64,000 bases of DNA from Pseudogymnoascus verrucosus. Taxonomy: Eukaryota. The notes below the pieces were generated by a model. The model did no database searches and was not told the origin of the DNA. It saw only the letters and a program-made list of their open reading frames with translations. A program made the position numbers and the translations under genes. Each line of letters begins with the position of its first letter. Position 1 is the first letter of the stretch. Below are positions 62,258-64,000 of the stretch, piece by piece. The stretch lies in assembly GCA_001662655.1 (NCBI GenBank), contig KV460223.1, one strand, 5' to 3'.

Positions 62258-62960
62258 ATGCTATTTTAGATGGCGGTTGGACTTGGTCGAAGGGTCCATC
62301 TTTTGGTTTATTTCCTTTGGAGCATGCTATTATGCTTCGCTCATTGAGCCATTGGTCCGCGCTGATGCGTATATGAGTGGCCTTTTGGAGAAGCGGCATT
62401 GGCCCAGACAAAAATATGTTTTGGAGCTGGCATTTTGAAAGATTTTACGCAACCCAGCCTAATAGGGTTTTTTGGGGTGTGGATATCGCCGCCTCGGTTT
62501 AGTTGCTGGCGCTCGCGTGGATAGAGATGATAGGCGGTGGGATATTTGCTCTTTAGGTTTATATATATACATAGCTACGACTTGACGAATTTGGGAGATG
62601 CGTCTCCCCCCCTGCGTCAGCTTTTTATGGGGTTTAGGTTCATTGTGTGGGAGTATCTTGTGATTTACTGTCGTGAAGTTAAATTTTCTATTCATAACCA
62701 TTCTACGACACTGTTTATTTCCCAAACAGCATTTGTCAAGTTATCTCACAAGCATGGGTTAAAATTAAACGCCCAGAGTGCTTTTCTCTCTGAAATAAGG
62801 GTTATATTTCACTGGATCTCTTTCACACACGTATCCCATTGTCTGAAATCCCATCCTCACCTCCTCACCATCTGGCCTTCATGGAATACTCAGGCCCTAG
62901 CTTCCCTCCTAAAGTTCTTGATGCGGTGGCTGGTGACAAGAAGCAGGGTACAAACCACGC

Positions 62961-63349
62961 CTATTTTTCCATTGGTTTGCAAGAGTAGGGTGAGCTTGGC
63001 GATGGCTATTGACAATTGTTAGTAGCGCATGTAAGAGACCAAATCACACGTTCTTACATTCTGTACGGAAATATCACAGCACGACGCCACTTGCTTCAGT
63101 ACCCTGCAGTACTCTTTCATATAGGACTCAGTAATGATGATCGCTAGCAGTCTGGCTAGTGTTCATGTGAGTTTGATTCTGTTTAAAGAGGCATTTTAGA
63201 AATAACCTACAGGGTTCGAAGCAAGGGCCTTCAATAGGGCAGCAAGTTGGCGCATGATATCTAGGTTGGTCGCAAGCTTTTTTGTCGTCGCTAAATGCTG
63301 GGGCAGCAAGTATGGCGATGGCGAAGAGGGCGCCGAATTGAGTTCTCAT
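62961..63349 (-). CDS. Hydrophobin-like secreted protein (93 aa, 8 Cys)
   Basis: Exons 63349-63211, 63155-63058 and 63005-62961 give a signal peptide + C-X9-CC-X5-C-X19-C-X8-CC-X14-C. Confidence 0.8.
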
Positions 63350-64000
63350 GGTTGCAGGATTGGCGTTGCTTAAGTTTAAACAGGAGAATGCCAGTAGCGA
63401 TGATCTATTAAGTGGGAGGAGGGAGGTTCCCCGCGCCCTTTATACAAACACAGCATCTGGTAAATCTCAGCTGAAACATAACTAGGGCCAGTAGCTAACT
63501 CTTGAGACCAAGGCTAACTGGCAAAGTCTTACGGGTTACTCAGAGGAAACTAGCCATTCAGACCTATGAAGCGAACAATGAGGCAGCTGAATAGAGAGAA
63601 GAGAGAAATATCCGAGACATTCATACTAATAATCTTAGCAATATTGTGTACCTGCAGCATTCTCACCCATTTTAGGGTCTTTGTCTGCTGAACTGAAGAG
63701 AGTTAAGACGGCAAAAATATTTAATTTTAGGGTCCTTAATTTTATGGTATGTATTTATTTTCCATAATTGAAAGGATTAAGCCTCGCCCGCCGTCTACTG
63801 CTGCAACCCATGATAAGGTGCGTAGTATAGGCTACACCTATTATGCGATTGGTTTACAGTCCAAGGCTATGTTCCGCTATTGATGATTGTTAGAATTAAT
63901 ACACGATATCCAAACATGCGTCCGTTCTTACCTCCTTTTCATCAAGACAGCATGTTGCCACCTGCTTCAAGCCGCTGCAATAGCTCTTGAGACGAGCATC

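Overview
Intron-rich filamentous ascomycete DNA. Gene style and RIP-like decay suggest a Leotiomycete such as Pseudogymnoascus, but that is inference only. I built gene models by splicing by eye, and several are absent from or broken in the ORF track. The left half (about 1-33 kb) is mostly housekeeping genes: a Par32/DUF3602-like gene, an F-box gene, a LaeA-like methyltransferase, ALG13, mitochondrial RSM24, an aldehyde dehydrogenase, an ODC antizyme with a +1 frameshift site, Yippee, a TFIIIC subunit, complex I 24 kDa, a MARVEL protein, an intron-containing tRNA-Glu(CTC) and a desaturase-like gene. The right half (about 33-64 kb) mixes intact genes with many decaying accessory genes. The intact genes are LIS1/nudF, a Ca/cation antiporter, a CE12 esterase, a GPI protein, a VWA-Hint (Vint) protein, an SIS isomerase and a hydrophobin-like gene. 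The decaying ones are a LysM-WSC gene, a GH43 fragment, RIP-like pseudogenes and an AT-rich relic. Highlights: (i) a three-gene SDR + Baeyer-Villiger monooxygenase + MBL-fold lactonase cluster that reads like an alcohol->ketone->lactone->hydroxy-acid catabolic pathway caught mid-decay; (ii) an intact VWA-Vint autoprocessing protein; (iii) a 4-exon secreted peptide with a 40-aa, 10-Cys mature part and an atypically spaced hydrophobin, neither resolved by the ORF track; (iv) a ~62-bp tandem array whose units each carry a hairpin.
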